From an uncultured Acidimicrobiales bacterium (lineage in GTDB: Bacteria > Actinomycetota > Acidimicrobiia > Acidimicrobiales > SZUA-35): 64,000 nt of DNA. The first letter of the stretch is position 1. Each line of letters starts with the position of its first letter. The position numbers and the translations under genes were made by a program. The notes under the pieces are model-generated. The model was not told the DNA's origin and did no database searches. It saw nothing but the letters and a program-made list of their open reading frames with translations. Below are positions 26,664 through 36,149 of the stretch, piece by piece. The stretch spans positions 141,318-205,317 of the forward strand of contig CAVOYW010000008.1 in NCBI GenBank assembly GCA_963700755.1, given 5' to 3'.

Positions 26664-28497
26664 ATGCGTTCACGCAGCCGATGGCGCCGTCTTCGCTCTC
26701 GCGGGCTCGCACCGCTGTTCGCGACGCTCGTGACCGCGGCGCTGTTCCTCCCATCGCCCGAACCGGCCGAGGCATCGGACCTCTTCGGCACCCGATTCCC
26801 CACCGAGGAGGCGTTCGTCGACCAGGCCTACCGAGACGTGCTGTCCCGCGGACCGGATCAGGCCGGCCTCACCTACTGGTCCGACCGGATCCACGCCGGC
26901 ACCACCCCCGACGAGCTCGTCGAGTTCCTGATCACCTCACCGGAGTTCGAGGCCACCACCGCGCCGATCATTCGCCTGTATCACGCCATCTTCGATCGCG
27001 TTCCCGATCTCGACGGGCTCCGGTTCTGGGTGGCCCAGACCGCCGCAGGAAGCCCACTGGCCAACACGGCGGCGGCCATGCTCGAGAGCGCCGAATTCGA
27101 AGCGCTCGCCAACGCCGAGGACACCGACGAGATCGTGGCCGCGGTCTATGGTCGATCGCTCGGGCGAACACCCGACCAGGGCGGGCTCGCCTTCTGGCGG
27201 GGTGAGATCGACCAGGGTCGCCTGACCGTGGCCCAGTTCGTCGCGCTCGATCTCGGAGTCGCCCGAACACCAAGACCTGCTCCGGGGCGAGGTCTCGACA
27301 ACGCTGATCTACCTCGCCATGCTCCAGCGAGTCCCCGAACCCGAGGGCCTCGGCTATTGGTCCGACCTGTTCGATTCCGGTACCCGGTTGCGGACCCTGG
27401 TCGGCGTGTTCTTCGACCAGCCCGAATGGAAGAACCGATTTGCGGTCCGCCCCGAACTCGATGCGGTGTCCATTCCCGGTTTCGATCATCCGTGGGACGT
27501 CGACTCGCTCCCCGATGGCACCGTGCTGGTCACCGAGCGGGCCGGTCGCCTGGTCGCCCTCGCACCCGGCACCCGCCGGACCCGAACGATCGCGGCCGAC
27601 TTCGGTGACCTCTACGCCGGCGGCGAGACCGGCCTGATGGGTCTCGCCGTCGATCCCGACCACGCCACCAACGGTCGGATCTACACCTGCCAGGGCCACC
27701 GTGATCCAGCCGACGCGTCGCGGCGGGACATCCGCGTCGTGGCGTGGGCACTCGACGCCGGGGCGACCAGGGCCACGAAGCTCGGACCGGTCGTCACCGG
27801 GATGCCATTGGCGTCGGGTCGACACGGTGGATGTCAGCTCGAGTTCGCCGAGGACGGCTCCCTCTTCATCGGAACCGGCGACGGGGCGATCGGCACCACG
27901 CCGCAGGATCTCGGATCGCTGGGGGGCAAGGTCCTGCGGGTCGACCCGACGACCGGCGCAGGGGCGCCCGGCAACCCATTCGCCGATTCGGCCAATCCCG
28001 ACACCCGACGGGTCTTCACCTACGGTCATCGGAACGTCCAAGGCCTGAGCCAGAGACCCGGTACGTCCGAGATGTGGTCGATCGAGCACGGCCCCGATCG
28101 CGACGACGAGATCAACCGGCTGCGTCCCGGGGGCAACGGCGGATGGAACCCCGTGCCGGGCTACAACGAGCGGGTGCCGATGACGAATCCGTCACTGGCC
28201 GGGATCATGCCCGCGGCCTGGTCGACCGGCTCACCGACGCTGGCACTGTCGGGCGGCGAATGGCTCGACGATCCCACGTGGGGATCACTCGACGGCGGTC
28301 TGGCCGTGACGGCCCTGAAGGGCCGGGCGCTGTGGGTGCATCGGTTCAATGCCGAGGGGCTGTCGCTCGGTCGGACCTCGGCGCTCCTCGGCGGTGACCG
28401 GCTCCGTGGTGTGCACCAGGCGACGGACGGATCGCTCTGGGTCACCTCCGACAACGGCGGCGGCCGTGACACCGTCACCGTCCTCATCCCTCGTTGA
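26664..28497 (+). pseudogene. secreted DUF4214 (x3)-PQQ-dependent sugar dehydrogenase (GSDH beta-propeller) fusion, with one frameshift as sequenced
   Basis: The signal peptide and DUF4214 repeats (QAYRDVLSRGPDQAGLTYW; AVYGRSLGRTPDQGGLAFW) lie in the frame of ORF 25584-27608. The third DUF4214 repeat (YLAMLQRVPEPEGLGYW) and the propeller (GHRNVQGL, EHGPDRDDEIN) lie in the frame of ORF 27319-28497, which is open from 27226. The frames switch near 27249. Confidence 0.7.
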
Positions 28498-28569
28498 CCC
28501 CTCGGCCCGGAAGGGCCGGACACCGGGTGACACCCCGGAATCACGTTTCGCCGTCGATGCCGATCGAGG

Positions 28570-29679
28570 TCAGCGGCCGACTCGGGACAGGGCCAACACG
28601 AGGCGTTCGGTCGGTTGGACCACGGCGATCCGGACGTGACCGGCACCCGCTTCGCCGTAGAACTCGCCAGGGCTGACGAGTACCCCGGCCTCCCGGGCCA
28701 GCAGCTCGACAAAGGCCCAGGCATCACCACCGGGCGCGGGGGCCCAGAGGTAGAACCCGCCTTCGGGAAGCGCCGTTTCGACCCCGAAGGCCCCGACCAG
28801 TTCCCGGGCCATACCGAGCCGCTCCTGGTAGCGCGCTCGCTGCACGGACACATGCTCGGAGTCGGCGAAGGCAGCGATCGCGGCCGCCTGAACCGGACCG
28901 GGCACCATGAACCCGGCGTGCTTGCGGACCTCGGACAGGTAGTGCACGAGATCGTGGTCGCCGGCATAGAACCCGACCCGGCCCCCCGCCAGGTTGGATC
29001 GCTTCGACAACGAGTGCACCGCGACCACCCCGTCGGAGCCATGCTGCAGGATCGATCGTGGTGGCCCGTTCCAGGTGAACTCGATGTAGCACTCGTCGGA
29101 GAAGACCGGCACCGAGTGGGTCCGCCCCCAAGCCGCCGCCGCCTCGAGATCGTCGAGACCACCCGCCGGGTTGCCCGGCGTGTTGACCCACAGACACAGC
29201 GCCCGGTCGGCGTCGGCCGGATCGATCTGCGACAGATCGATCCGCCACCGATCATCGACCGGTACGGCAACGGCTCGACAGCCGGCGAGGGTGGCGCCCA
29301 TGGCGTAGCTCGGATAGCTGATGGCCGGGTAGAGCACGGTGTCGCGGTCGGGTGAACGAAGCCGGAGCCACTGGGGCAGCCCGGCCACGAACTCCTTGGT
29401 GCCGATTGCTGCGGCCACGTCGGTGGGTGCGATACCCGTTCCGACGAGCCGGTTGATCCATCCGGCGGCCGCAGTGCGGAAGGCCAGGGTCCCGATCGAT
29501 GGCGGATAGCCCCGCTCGGCGTTGGAGTTTCCGAGGGCCTCGACCACCGCTGCCGGCGGCGGGTCGAACGGCGTTCCGATCGACAGATCGACCATGCCGC
29601 CCTGGTGGGCCTCGGCCAGCGGCGCAATGGTGTCGAGCCGATCGTAGGGATAGGGCGGCGGAACGAACCCGGTGGTCAT
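28570..29679 (-). CDS. dapC: succinyldiaminopimelate aminotransferase-like PLP-dependent aminotransferase
   Basis: This is a class I aminotransferase with YPYDRLD...VDLSIGTP and SLSKRSNLAGGR (the PLP Lys). It lies in a dapD/dapE context. An alternative ATG at 29712 is ATGA-coupled to the repeat mini-ORFs. Confidence 0.75.
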   Translation of the reverse strand: MTTGFVPPPYPYDRLDTIAPLAEAHQGGMVDLSIGTPFDPPPAAVVEALGNSNAERGYPPSIGTLAFRTAAAGWINRLVGTGIAPTDVAAAIGTKEFVAGLPQWLRLRSPDRDTVLYPAISYPSYAMGATLAGCRAVAVPVDDRWRIDLSQIDPADADRALCLWVNTPGNPAGGLDDLEAAAAWGRTHSVPVFSDECYIEFTWNGPPRSILQHGSDGVVAVHSLSKRSNLAGGRVGFYAGDHDLVHYLSEVRKHAGFMVPGPVQAAAIAAFADSEHVSVQRARYQERLGMARELVGAFGVETALPEGGFYLWAPAPGGDAWAFVELLAREAGVLVSPGEFYGEAGAGHVRIAVVQPTERLVLALSRVGR

Positions 29680-29705
29680 CGTGTGATCATGCCCTGTCTC
29701 GTCTC

Positions 29706-29776
29706 GTCTCATTCTTCGACGGTCACTCGCCGTCTCATTCTTCGACGGTCACTCGCCGTCTCATTCTTCGACGGTC
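29706..29776. repeat. 26-bp tandem repeat of about 2.7 copies duplicating the hflX stop region; it forms two 9-codon mini-ORFs (minus strand 29764-29735 and 29738-29709)
   Basis: Copies 29706-29731 and 29732-29757 are identical, and a partial copy lies at 29758-29776. A gtctc x3 run sits at 29696-29710. Confidence 0.95.
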
Positions 29777-31272
29777 GCAACGACGAACTGTTGCAGCCGC
29801 AGCGCCGACGCGTCCTCGAGCCGAGCCCGCACCTCCATCCCCGCAGTCCCGGGAACCTCGGTGAGCACCTCACCCTCGCGATGGGCTGCGGCCAGCATGT
29901 CACCGCGGCTGTAGGGAATGAAGAGGTCGTAGACCCGAGAATGCTCACGCAGGGCATCACCGATCGCAACGAGCAGGGCGTCGAGCCCTTCGCCGGTCGC
30001 AGCCGACACCGCCACCGAACCGGGATGCAACCGGACCAACCGTTCGGCCGCCACCGGATCGAGATCGGCCTTGTTGAACACCACCAGCTCGGGCACCGCA
30101 ACCGCACCGATCTCGGCCAGCACCTGCCGGACGGCGTGGATGTGGGCATCCGGATCGGGCCCGGATCCATCGACCACGTGCACCAACAGATCGACCTCGG
30201 CTGCGACCTCGAGCGTGGACTTGAAGGCCTCCACCAGCTGATGGGGCAACTTCTTGACGAATCCGACGGTGTCGGTGATCAACACGGTCTCGCCGCCGGG
30301 CAATTGGGTCTGCCGGGTGGTCGGATCGAGCGTGGCGAACAGCCGGTCCTCGACCAGCACGTCGGCCCCGGTGATGGCGTTCAGCAACGTCGACTTCCCG
30401 GCATTGGTGTACCCGACGATCGACAGGGACCGATAGGGCGACCGACGACGAGCCTTGCGCTGGTTCGCCCGCCGATCGGTGATCCCGCGAAGGTCACGTT
30501 CGAGCTTGTGCATCCGGCGAACGAGACGACGACGGTCGACTTCGATCTGGGTCTCACCCGGACCCCGGGTCCCGATCCCACCGGCCTGCTGGCTGAAGTC
30601 CTTCTTGCCCCGCAGCCGTGGCAGGTTGTAACGCAACTGCGCCAGCTCGACCTGGGTCTTGCCCTCGCTCGACGTCGCGTGCTGGGCGAAGATGTCGAGG
30701 ATGACCGCGGTGCGATCGAGGGCCGTGCGTTTGAGGATCCGCTCGAGGTTGTACTGCTGGGCCGGCGTGAGCTCGTCGTCGAACACGACCGTGTCGGCAT
30801 CGAACATGAGCGCAGCCTCGAGGATCTCGTCGACCTTGCCCTTGCCGACGAACGTGGCCGGGTCGGGTCGGTCGCGTCGTTGCACCACCCGATCCACGAC
30901 GTCGGCCCCTGCGGTGTCGACCAGCAGCGCCAACTCGTCGAGGGAGGTCTGCGTTTCCTCCTCGGTCTGCCCGGTTCGGGTGACGCCGACCAGCACGATG
31001 CGCTCCCGGAAGCTCCGGTCGAGGAAACCGCCTCGGATCTCTCCGCCGAATTCGCCGAACGCCCCGCGGTGGGTCTCGGGTTCGTCGGGATCGTCCAGAT
31101 CGGCGAAGTCGTCGAGGTCGTCGAGGTCGGGATCGAACGCCTCGCCGCCGCTTCGGCCTCGTTGGATCGAACCCCCGGACTCGAGGGGGGCGCTGCGGTA
31201 GCCGCCGCGCCCATCGGGGAAGAACGTCACGTCATCGGACGTCTCGTACTCGTCGAACGGGCCAGTTGGCAT
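29761..31272 (-). CDS. hflX: GTPase HflX
   Basis: The protein has G1 GYTNAGKSTLLN, DTVGF and NKAD motifs and an HflX N-terminal domain. The ATG at 31272 shares one nt with the dapF stop. Confidence 0.93.
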   Translation of the reverse strand: MPTGPFDEYETSDDVTFFPDGRGGYRSAPLESGGSIQRGRSGGEAFDPDLDDLDDFADLDDPDEPETHRGAFGEFGGEIRGGFLDRSFRERIVLVGVTRTGQTEEETQTSLDELALLVDTAGADVVDRVVQRRDRPDPATFVGKGKVDEILEAALMFDADTVVFDDELTPAQQYNLERILKRTALDRTAVILDIFAQHATSSEGKTQVELAQLRYNLPRLRGKKDFSQQAGGIGTRGPGETQIEVDRRRLVRRMHKLERDLRGITDRRANQRKARRRSPYRSLSIVGYTNAGKSTLLNAITGADVLVEDRLFATLDPTTRQTQLPGGETVLITDTVGFVKKLPHQLVEAFKSTLEVAAEVDLLVHVVDGSGPDPDAHIHAVRQVLAEIGAVAVPELVVFNKADLDPVAAERLVRLHPGSVAVSAATGEGLDALLVAIGDALREHSRVYDLFIPYSRGDMLAAAHREGEVLTEVPGTAGMEVRARLEDASALRLQQFVVATVEE

Positions 31273-32144
31273 CAAACCTCCGTGGGAATCGGTTGGGGTG
31301 TGTCCCTGGTTGCGTGGTCGGCCGCAACCGGGCCGGCCTCGATCGTGATCGAGGCGATGAACCGGGTGGGCCCGGTCAGTCGCAGATCCCCGTCGTCGGT
31401 CGAGTCGACGGTGGCGACTCCACCGGGCATCGACACATCGACGATGCGACCGGTCAAGCCCCAGCGGGCGGCCGCCGCCGCCGCCGCGCAGGCCCCCGAG
31501 CCGCAGGCCAGAGTGATCCCCGCACCCCGCTCCCAGACCCGCAGATCCAGCGAATGGTCCGAGGTGACCCGGATCAGATGCACGTTCACGCCTTCGGGGT
31601 AGGCCGACTCGATCGCCGGACCGATGACGGCGAGGTCGTAGCGATCGGGGTCGTCGACCAACGCCACCAGATGGGGATTCCCGATGTCGAGACCGACCTG
31701 GCGCTCGACGACCACCCCGAGATCACTCCACGCACTCGAGTCTCGGGGGCCGGGTCGCACGGGCCCCATGTCGACACGGACCGACATCTCGTCGCCATCG
31801 ACCGAGACCAGTTCGATCCCCCGCAGGCCGGCGTCGGTCTCGACCTCGAGGCGGACCGGCGGCCGGACCCCGACGTGACGAGCCAGCGCCTGGCCGACGC
31901 AGCGCGCCCCGTTGCCCGAGATCTCGGCCCGACTCCCGTCGGAATTGAGCAGCACCATGACCCACCGATCGGGGTGGGCCGGGTCGGGATGGGGAACGAG
32001 GGTGATGAGACCGTCTGCCCCGATGCCGGCCCGACGATCACACCAGGCGATCGCCTCGGCCGGGCCGATGGGCGCGGCCGGTTCGATCGCGACGAGGAAG
32101 TCGTTGCCCAGCGCCACGTGTTTGGTGAGTCGAATCGCCGTCAA
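31272..32144 (-). CDS. dapF: diaminopimelate epimerase
   Basis: The protein has GNDFLV, SGNGARC and ACGSGACA motifs. TTG at 32144 is the probable start (the start is uncertain). Confidence 0.88.
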   Translation of the reverse strand: MTAIRLTKHVALGNDFLVAIEPAAPIGPAEAIAWCDRRAGIGADGLITLVPHPDPAHPDRWVMVLLNSDGSRAEISGNGARCVGQALARHVGVRPPVRLEVETDAGLRGIELVSVDGDEMSVRVDMGPVRPGPRDSSAWSDLGVVVERQVGLDIGNPHLVALVDDPDRYDLAVIGPAIESAYPEGVNVHLIRVTSDHSLDLRVWERGAGITLACGSGACAAAAAAARWGLTGRIVDVSMPGGVATVDSTDDGDLRLTGPTRFIASITIEAGPVAADHATRDTPQPIPTEV

Positions 32145-32160
32145 GACACACAGTCTCGCA

Positions 32161-33066
32161 TCACTCGACCGATTCGCCCCACCAATTTGCGACCTGGTCG
32201 ACCAGATCGGGGGCCAGCGCGTCGAACCAACGGATACGAGGATCGCGTCGGAACCACCGTTGTTGACGTCGGGCGAAGCGTCGAGTCCGACGTTTGGCCT
32301 CGTCGAGCGCGTCGTCGAGCGACAGCTCACCGTCGAGGTGGCGAGCGAGTTCCTTGTAGCCGAGCGCTTGCGCCGCCGTCGACGACCACCCCGCAGCACG
32401 GACACGACGAACCTCGTCGAGGAAGCCGGCAGCCATCTGACGGTCGAATCGGTCGTCGATCCGCCGATCGAGCTCGTCTCGTTCGATGGTCAGGCCGGCC
32501 TGCGCGAAACGAGTCGGTGGATACCGGTCGACCCCGGGGCCGAACGACGAGAACGGCCGGCCCGACCCGATGGTCACCTCGAGGGCTCGAACGATCCGGC
32601 GCCGGTTGCTGTCGAGCATCTTCGCCGCCGCTGCCGGATCGAGTTCGTCGAGACGGCGCCACAGGGCCGCCGTATCGGATTCGGCCTCGAGCGTCCGGAC
32701 GACCTCGGGGTACTGCGGTGGGATCTCGAAGGCGTCGACGACGGCACGAACGTACAGGCCCGTGCCGCCCACCAGGATCGGGGTGATCGAACGGTTGGCC
32801 ACATCGGCGAGGACCGCGGCGACCTCGACCGAGAACCGGGACACCGTGTAGTCCTCGCTCGGCGCCACCTCGTCGACCAGGTGATGGCGGATGCGCACGC
32901 GGTCGGCTGCCGTCGGCTTGGCCGTTCCGATGTCCATGCCGCGGTAGACCGCCATGGCGTCGGCCGACACCAGTTCGCACGCCCCGATCGCATCGGCGAG
33001 CGCCAGGGCCAGCGCCGACTTGCCCGACGCCGTCGGACCAACGATCACCAGGGGTCGACGATTCAC
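32161..33066 (-). CDS. miaA: tRNA dimethylallyltransferase
   Basis: The protein has the P-loop GPTASGKSALAL and is MiaA-like throughout. The GTG at 33066 overlaps the upstream stop as GTGA. Confidence 0.9.
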   Translation of the reverse strand: MNRRPLVIVGPTASGKSALALALADAIGACELVSADAMAVYRGMDIGTAKPTAADRVRIRHHLVDEVAPSEDYTVSRFSVEVAAVLADVANRSITPILVGGTGLYVRAVVDAFEIPPQYPEVVRTLEAESDTAALWRRLDELDPAAAAKMLDSNRRRIVRALEVTIGSGRPFSSFGPGVDRYPPTRFAQAGLTIERDELDRRIDDRFDRQMAAGFLDEVRRVRAAGWSSTAAQALGYKELARHLDGELSLDDALDEAKRRTRRFARRQQRWFRRDPRIRWFDALAPDLVDQVANWWGESVE

Positions 33067-33843
33067 GATTGCAGGAACGAGGCGAGCAGGTAGTGATCGA
33101 GACGGACGAGATCGGGCTCGGTCCCGTAGGCCTCGTAGAAGGCGAAGACCGAGTCGGGTCCGAATCGGCGATGCAGGCTGTACTGGACGACCGCCAGGTC
33201 GGCGTGTCGATCGGCGAGGCGCAAACGGCCGACCCCGACCCAGCCGACCGGCGCCGGATCGACCAGGAGGTTGTCGAGATCGGGCCGGCCGTGGCAGAGC
33301 ACGAGGTCCTCGACACCCGGGCGCCCCTCGAGCCAGATCTCGAGCAGGCGCTCGGCCTCGTAGCGCCGATAGGGGTCGGGCAGGATCGTCGGATCGAGAG
33401 CGCCGATGCCGGCCCGGATCTCGGCCGCCAATGCATGCCATCCCGACGGCGAACGGGAAGGCCGCCGGATCGACCGGCACGTCGTGCAGGCTTCGAACGG
33501 CCGCCGCGATGGTGGCCGTGATCCCACCGATGTCCCCGTGGTCGTCGACCCGATGCGACGGGTGACCGGCGAGGCGTTCGGTGACCAGCCAACCCGCGTC
33601 GTCGTCGTCGACGACATGGACGACCGCTGGGACCGGGACCCGCCCAGCGAGCCAGGTCAGTCGATCGGCTTCGGTCGATGCCCGGCCGGGGCCGAGGCGC
33701 TTGACCACGTTGTCCCGGGCGAACCAGGCGTGATCGCTGAACTCGACCGGGGACCAGCCCTCGAACGGGCCGACGACGTCGACGACCGATGACGGGACCG
33801 AGACCTCCACCCGGGTCAATGTAGGCCGATCACGGATCGACAA
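33063..33843 (-). pseudogene. aminoglycoside/choline-kinase-type phosphotransferase (APH family), with one frameshift as sequenced
   Basis: The N-terminal lobe lies in the frame starting at 33843 (…VKRLGPGRASTEADRLTWL…LHDVPVDPAAFPFAV). The C-terminal lobe lies in the frame of ORF 33063-33617 (WHALAAEIRAG…LCHGRPDLDNLLVD…). The switch is near 33430-33450. Confidence 0.7.
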
Positions 33844-33858
33844 TGCATCGGGTCGAGG

Positions 33859-34659
33859 TCAATCGGCAGCGTCCTGGCCTCGTGGTTCACCCCGGCAGTC
33901 ACCGACGAGCGAGAGCAGGGCGCCCGCCACCGAGACGGGGTCGACCACGATGTGCAGGTGCTCGCCGTCGAGGCGGGCAACGGTCCAGCCCTCGGCCTTT
34001 GCCTTGTCGTAGGCCGGCTCGTACATGCGGCCGGTGGCGAGGAAGGTGCGGCGCACGGTCTGCGGCAGAGCGGGGATGGGAATGGGCTGGTCGAACAGCG
34101 CCCGGGGCATCGCCCGGGCCTCGGCGAAGACCCGTTCCCGCACCGCTTCGTCGGGCACCATGTCGAGAATCATCGAACCCCACCAACGATGCCAGGGCGG
34201 CAGGTAGTCGTTCGGGCGGACGAGCCCGTCGAGCAGCTGACGCAGTTGCGGATCGGCGTCGACGGGGGACTGCCCGTCGATCCAGGGAACCTTGCCGTTG
34301 ACGCTCACCAGCGCATGGACGACCCGACCCCGATCGATGAGAGCCTTGGCGATCAGCGGCAGCCGGGAACACGACATCGAGTGGGCAACCACGACGAGTG
34401 GCTCGGTGCCACGGGGGTCGACCGCGGCGACGACCTGTTCGACCCAAGGGCCGATGTGGTCGGCGTCGTTCGGGGTCGTCGGGCTCGGGGCGGCGATGAC
34501 ACTGTCGTGACCGAGCCGTCCGAGTACTTCGCTGACCCCTCGCCAACATTCGGGACCGAGCAGGAACGACGGAACCAGGAGGAACGAGAGCCGACCGACG
34601 TCGGGCACGGCGTTCGACGTGGGCGGGCTCACCTCGAACTTCGTTTCCCGATCCGACAC
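33859..34659 (-). CDS. alpha/beta hydrolase
   Basis: The protein has a nucleophile elbow VAHSMSC and the length and pattern of an alpha/beta fold. Confidence 0.65.
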   Translation of the reverse strand: MSDRETKFEVSPPTSNAVPDVGRLSFLLVPSFLLGPECWRGVSEVLGRLGHDSVIAAPSPTTPNDADHIGPWVEQVVAAVDPRGTEPLVVVAHSMSCSRLPLIAKALIDRGRVVHALVSVNGKVPWIDGQSPVDADPQLRQLLDGLVRPNDYLPPWHRWWGSMILDMVPDEAVRERVFAEARAMPRALFDQPIPIPALPQTVRRTFLATGRMYEPAYDKAKAEGWTVARLDGEHLHIVVDPVSVAGALLSLVGDCRGEPRGQDAAD

Positions 34660-34768
34660 CGTCGCTCCTGATCCAACCGGCTGTGACCCTAGTCACTTCG
34701 TCAGAATGGAGAAAAATCGGCGTCAGACGTATCGGCCCCGAACCCCGGTCATCCGGACATCGTCCGAC

Positions 34769-36088
34769 TCACCCCGCTTCGCTGTGCGTGACGGGCTCTT
34801 CGCCCATCCACTCGCGCAGCGTGTTCTTGAGTTTGGTCTGCTGGATGAAGAGGTCCTGCTCGGCCGGTGCGTCGCCCGCCGCCTGCGGTGCCTTGAGGTA
34901 GAAGCTCAGCCACTCCTGAACGCCCGACTGGCCGGCGCGCATGGCGAGGTCCATGAACAGCGCCAGATCGAGCACGATCGGCGCTGCGAGGATCGAGTCA
35001 CGGCAGAGGAAATCGATCTTGATCTGCATGGGGTAACCCATCCAGCCGAAGATGTCGATGGCGTCCCAGCCCTCCTTGTTGTCACCCCGGGGCGGGTAGT
35101 AGTTGATCCGTACGACGTGGTCGATGTTGCCGTACAGCTCGGGGTAGGTCTCGGGCTGGAGGATCCCGTGGAGGACCCCCAGCTTGGACTCTTCCTTGGT
35201 CTTGAAGTTCTCGGGGGCGTCGAGCACCTCACCGTCTCGGTTGCCGAGGATGTTGGTCGAATACCAACCACGGAGGCCGAGCATGCGGGCCTTCAGACCC
35301 GGAGCGATCATGGTCTTCATGAGGGTCTGCCCGGTCTTGAAGTCCTTGCCGGCGATCGGCACACCGAGTTTCTCGGACAACTCGATCATGCAGGGAAGGT
35401 CGGTCGACAGATTGGGCGCCCCATTGGCGAACGGCACACCCGACTGGAGTGCGGCGTAGACGTAGAGCTGGCTCGGCGAGATGTTCTCGTCGTTGGCCTT
35501 CATCCCGGCCTCGAACGACTCGATCGAATCGTGCACCGACGATGCTTGCTGAAACGCCTCGGTGGAGCCACACCACACCATGACCAGACGATCGCAGTCG
35601 TTCTCGGTGCGGAAGTTCTCGATGTCGGCCATCAGCGCCATGGCCTGGTCCCACTTGTTGTCGATCTGCTTGACCCGGGTGCCCTCGAGCCGGCTCACCC
35701 ACTTCTGGTCGAACACGGCGTCCATGGCGACGATGCCTTCCATCTCGGCCGAAATGGAGGCGAGGTCACGCTCGTCGAGCACGCCGCAGGTGCGGGCGGC
35801 CTCGAGCGCGTTGGGCGAGATCGGATCCCAACCGCCGAAGACGAGGTCGTCGAGCGAGGCCAGCGGCACGAAGTCGCGGATCAGCAGGCTGCGACCCTCG
35901 TCACGCTTGCCCAGACGGATGTGCGCCATTTGGCTGACCGAGCCGAGCGGCGGCTTGCCTTCGGCCCGGGCCTTCAGGACTCCGGCGATGAAGGTGGACG
36001 ACACGGCGCCCATTCCGGGGGTGAGAACGCCCAGCTTGCCGCGTGCGGCGGCGATGTCGAGGGGGGCACGGTCAACGGATTCGCTCAT
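34769..36088 (-). CDS. ino1: myo-inositol-1-phosphate synthase
   Basis: The sequence contains STNILGNRDG, YYPPRGDNKEGWD and FLCRDSILAAPIVLDL, matching the full-length family. The ATG is at 36088. Confidence 0.9.
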   Translation of the reverse strand: MSESVDRAPLDIAAARGKLGVLTPGMGAVSSTFIAGVLKARAEGKPPLGSVSQMAHIRLGKRDEGRSLLIRDFVPLASLDDLVFGGWDPISPNALEAARTCGVLDERDLASISAEMEGIVAMDAVFDQKWVSRLEGTRVKQIDNKWDQAMALMADIENFRTENDCDRLVMVWCGSTEAFQQASSVHDSIESFEAGMKANDENISPSQLYVYAALQSGVPFANGAPNLSTDLPCMIELSEKLGVPIAGKDFKTGQTLMKTMIAPGLKARMLGLRGWYSTNILGNRDGEVLDAPENFKTKEESKLGVLHGILQPETYPELYGNIDHVVRINYYPPRGDNKEGWDAIDIFGWMGYPMQIKIDFLCRDSILAAPIVLDLALFMDLAMRAGQSGVQEWLSFYLKAPQAAGDAPAEQDLFIQQTKLKNTLREWMGEEPVTHSEAG

Positions 36089-36149
36089 GACACAAAGCAT
36101 AAGCAGATGTGTTGAGCAAGTACCGTCACATCAGACATACTTCACGATC

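Noticed and set aside
28161-29627. The 488-aa minus-strand ORF overlapping dapC.
   Set aside because: It is an alternative frame of the aminotransferase gene. It is Arg/Pro/Ser-rich and has no motifs, whereas the 28570-29679 frame carries the PLP-lysine and class I aminotransferase motifs.
32161-33843. The 560-aa ORF as a bona fide APH-MiaA fusion protein.
   Set aside because: The ~126 residues joining the two parts are Arg/Pro/Gly nonsense, while the APH C-lobe is readable in another frame ending in a GTGA overlap with a normal miaA start.
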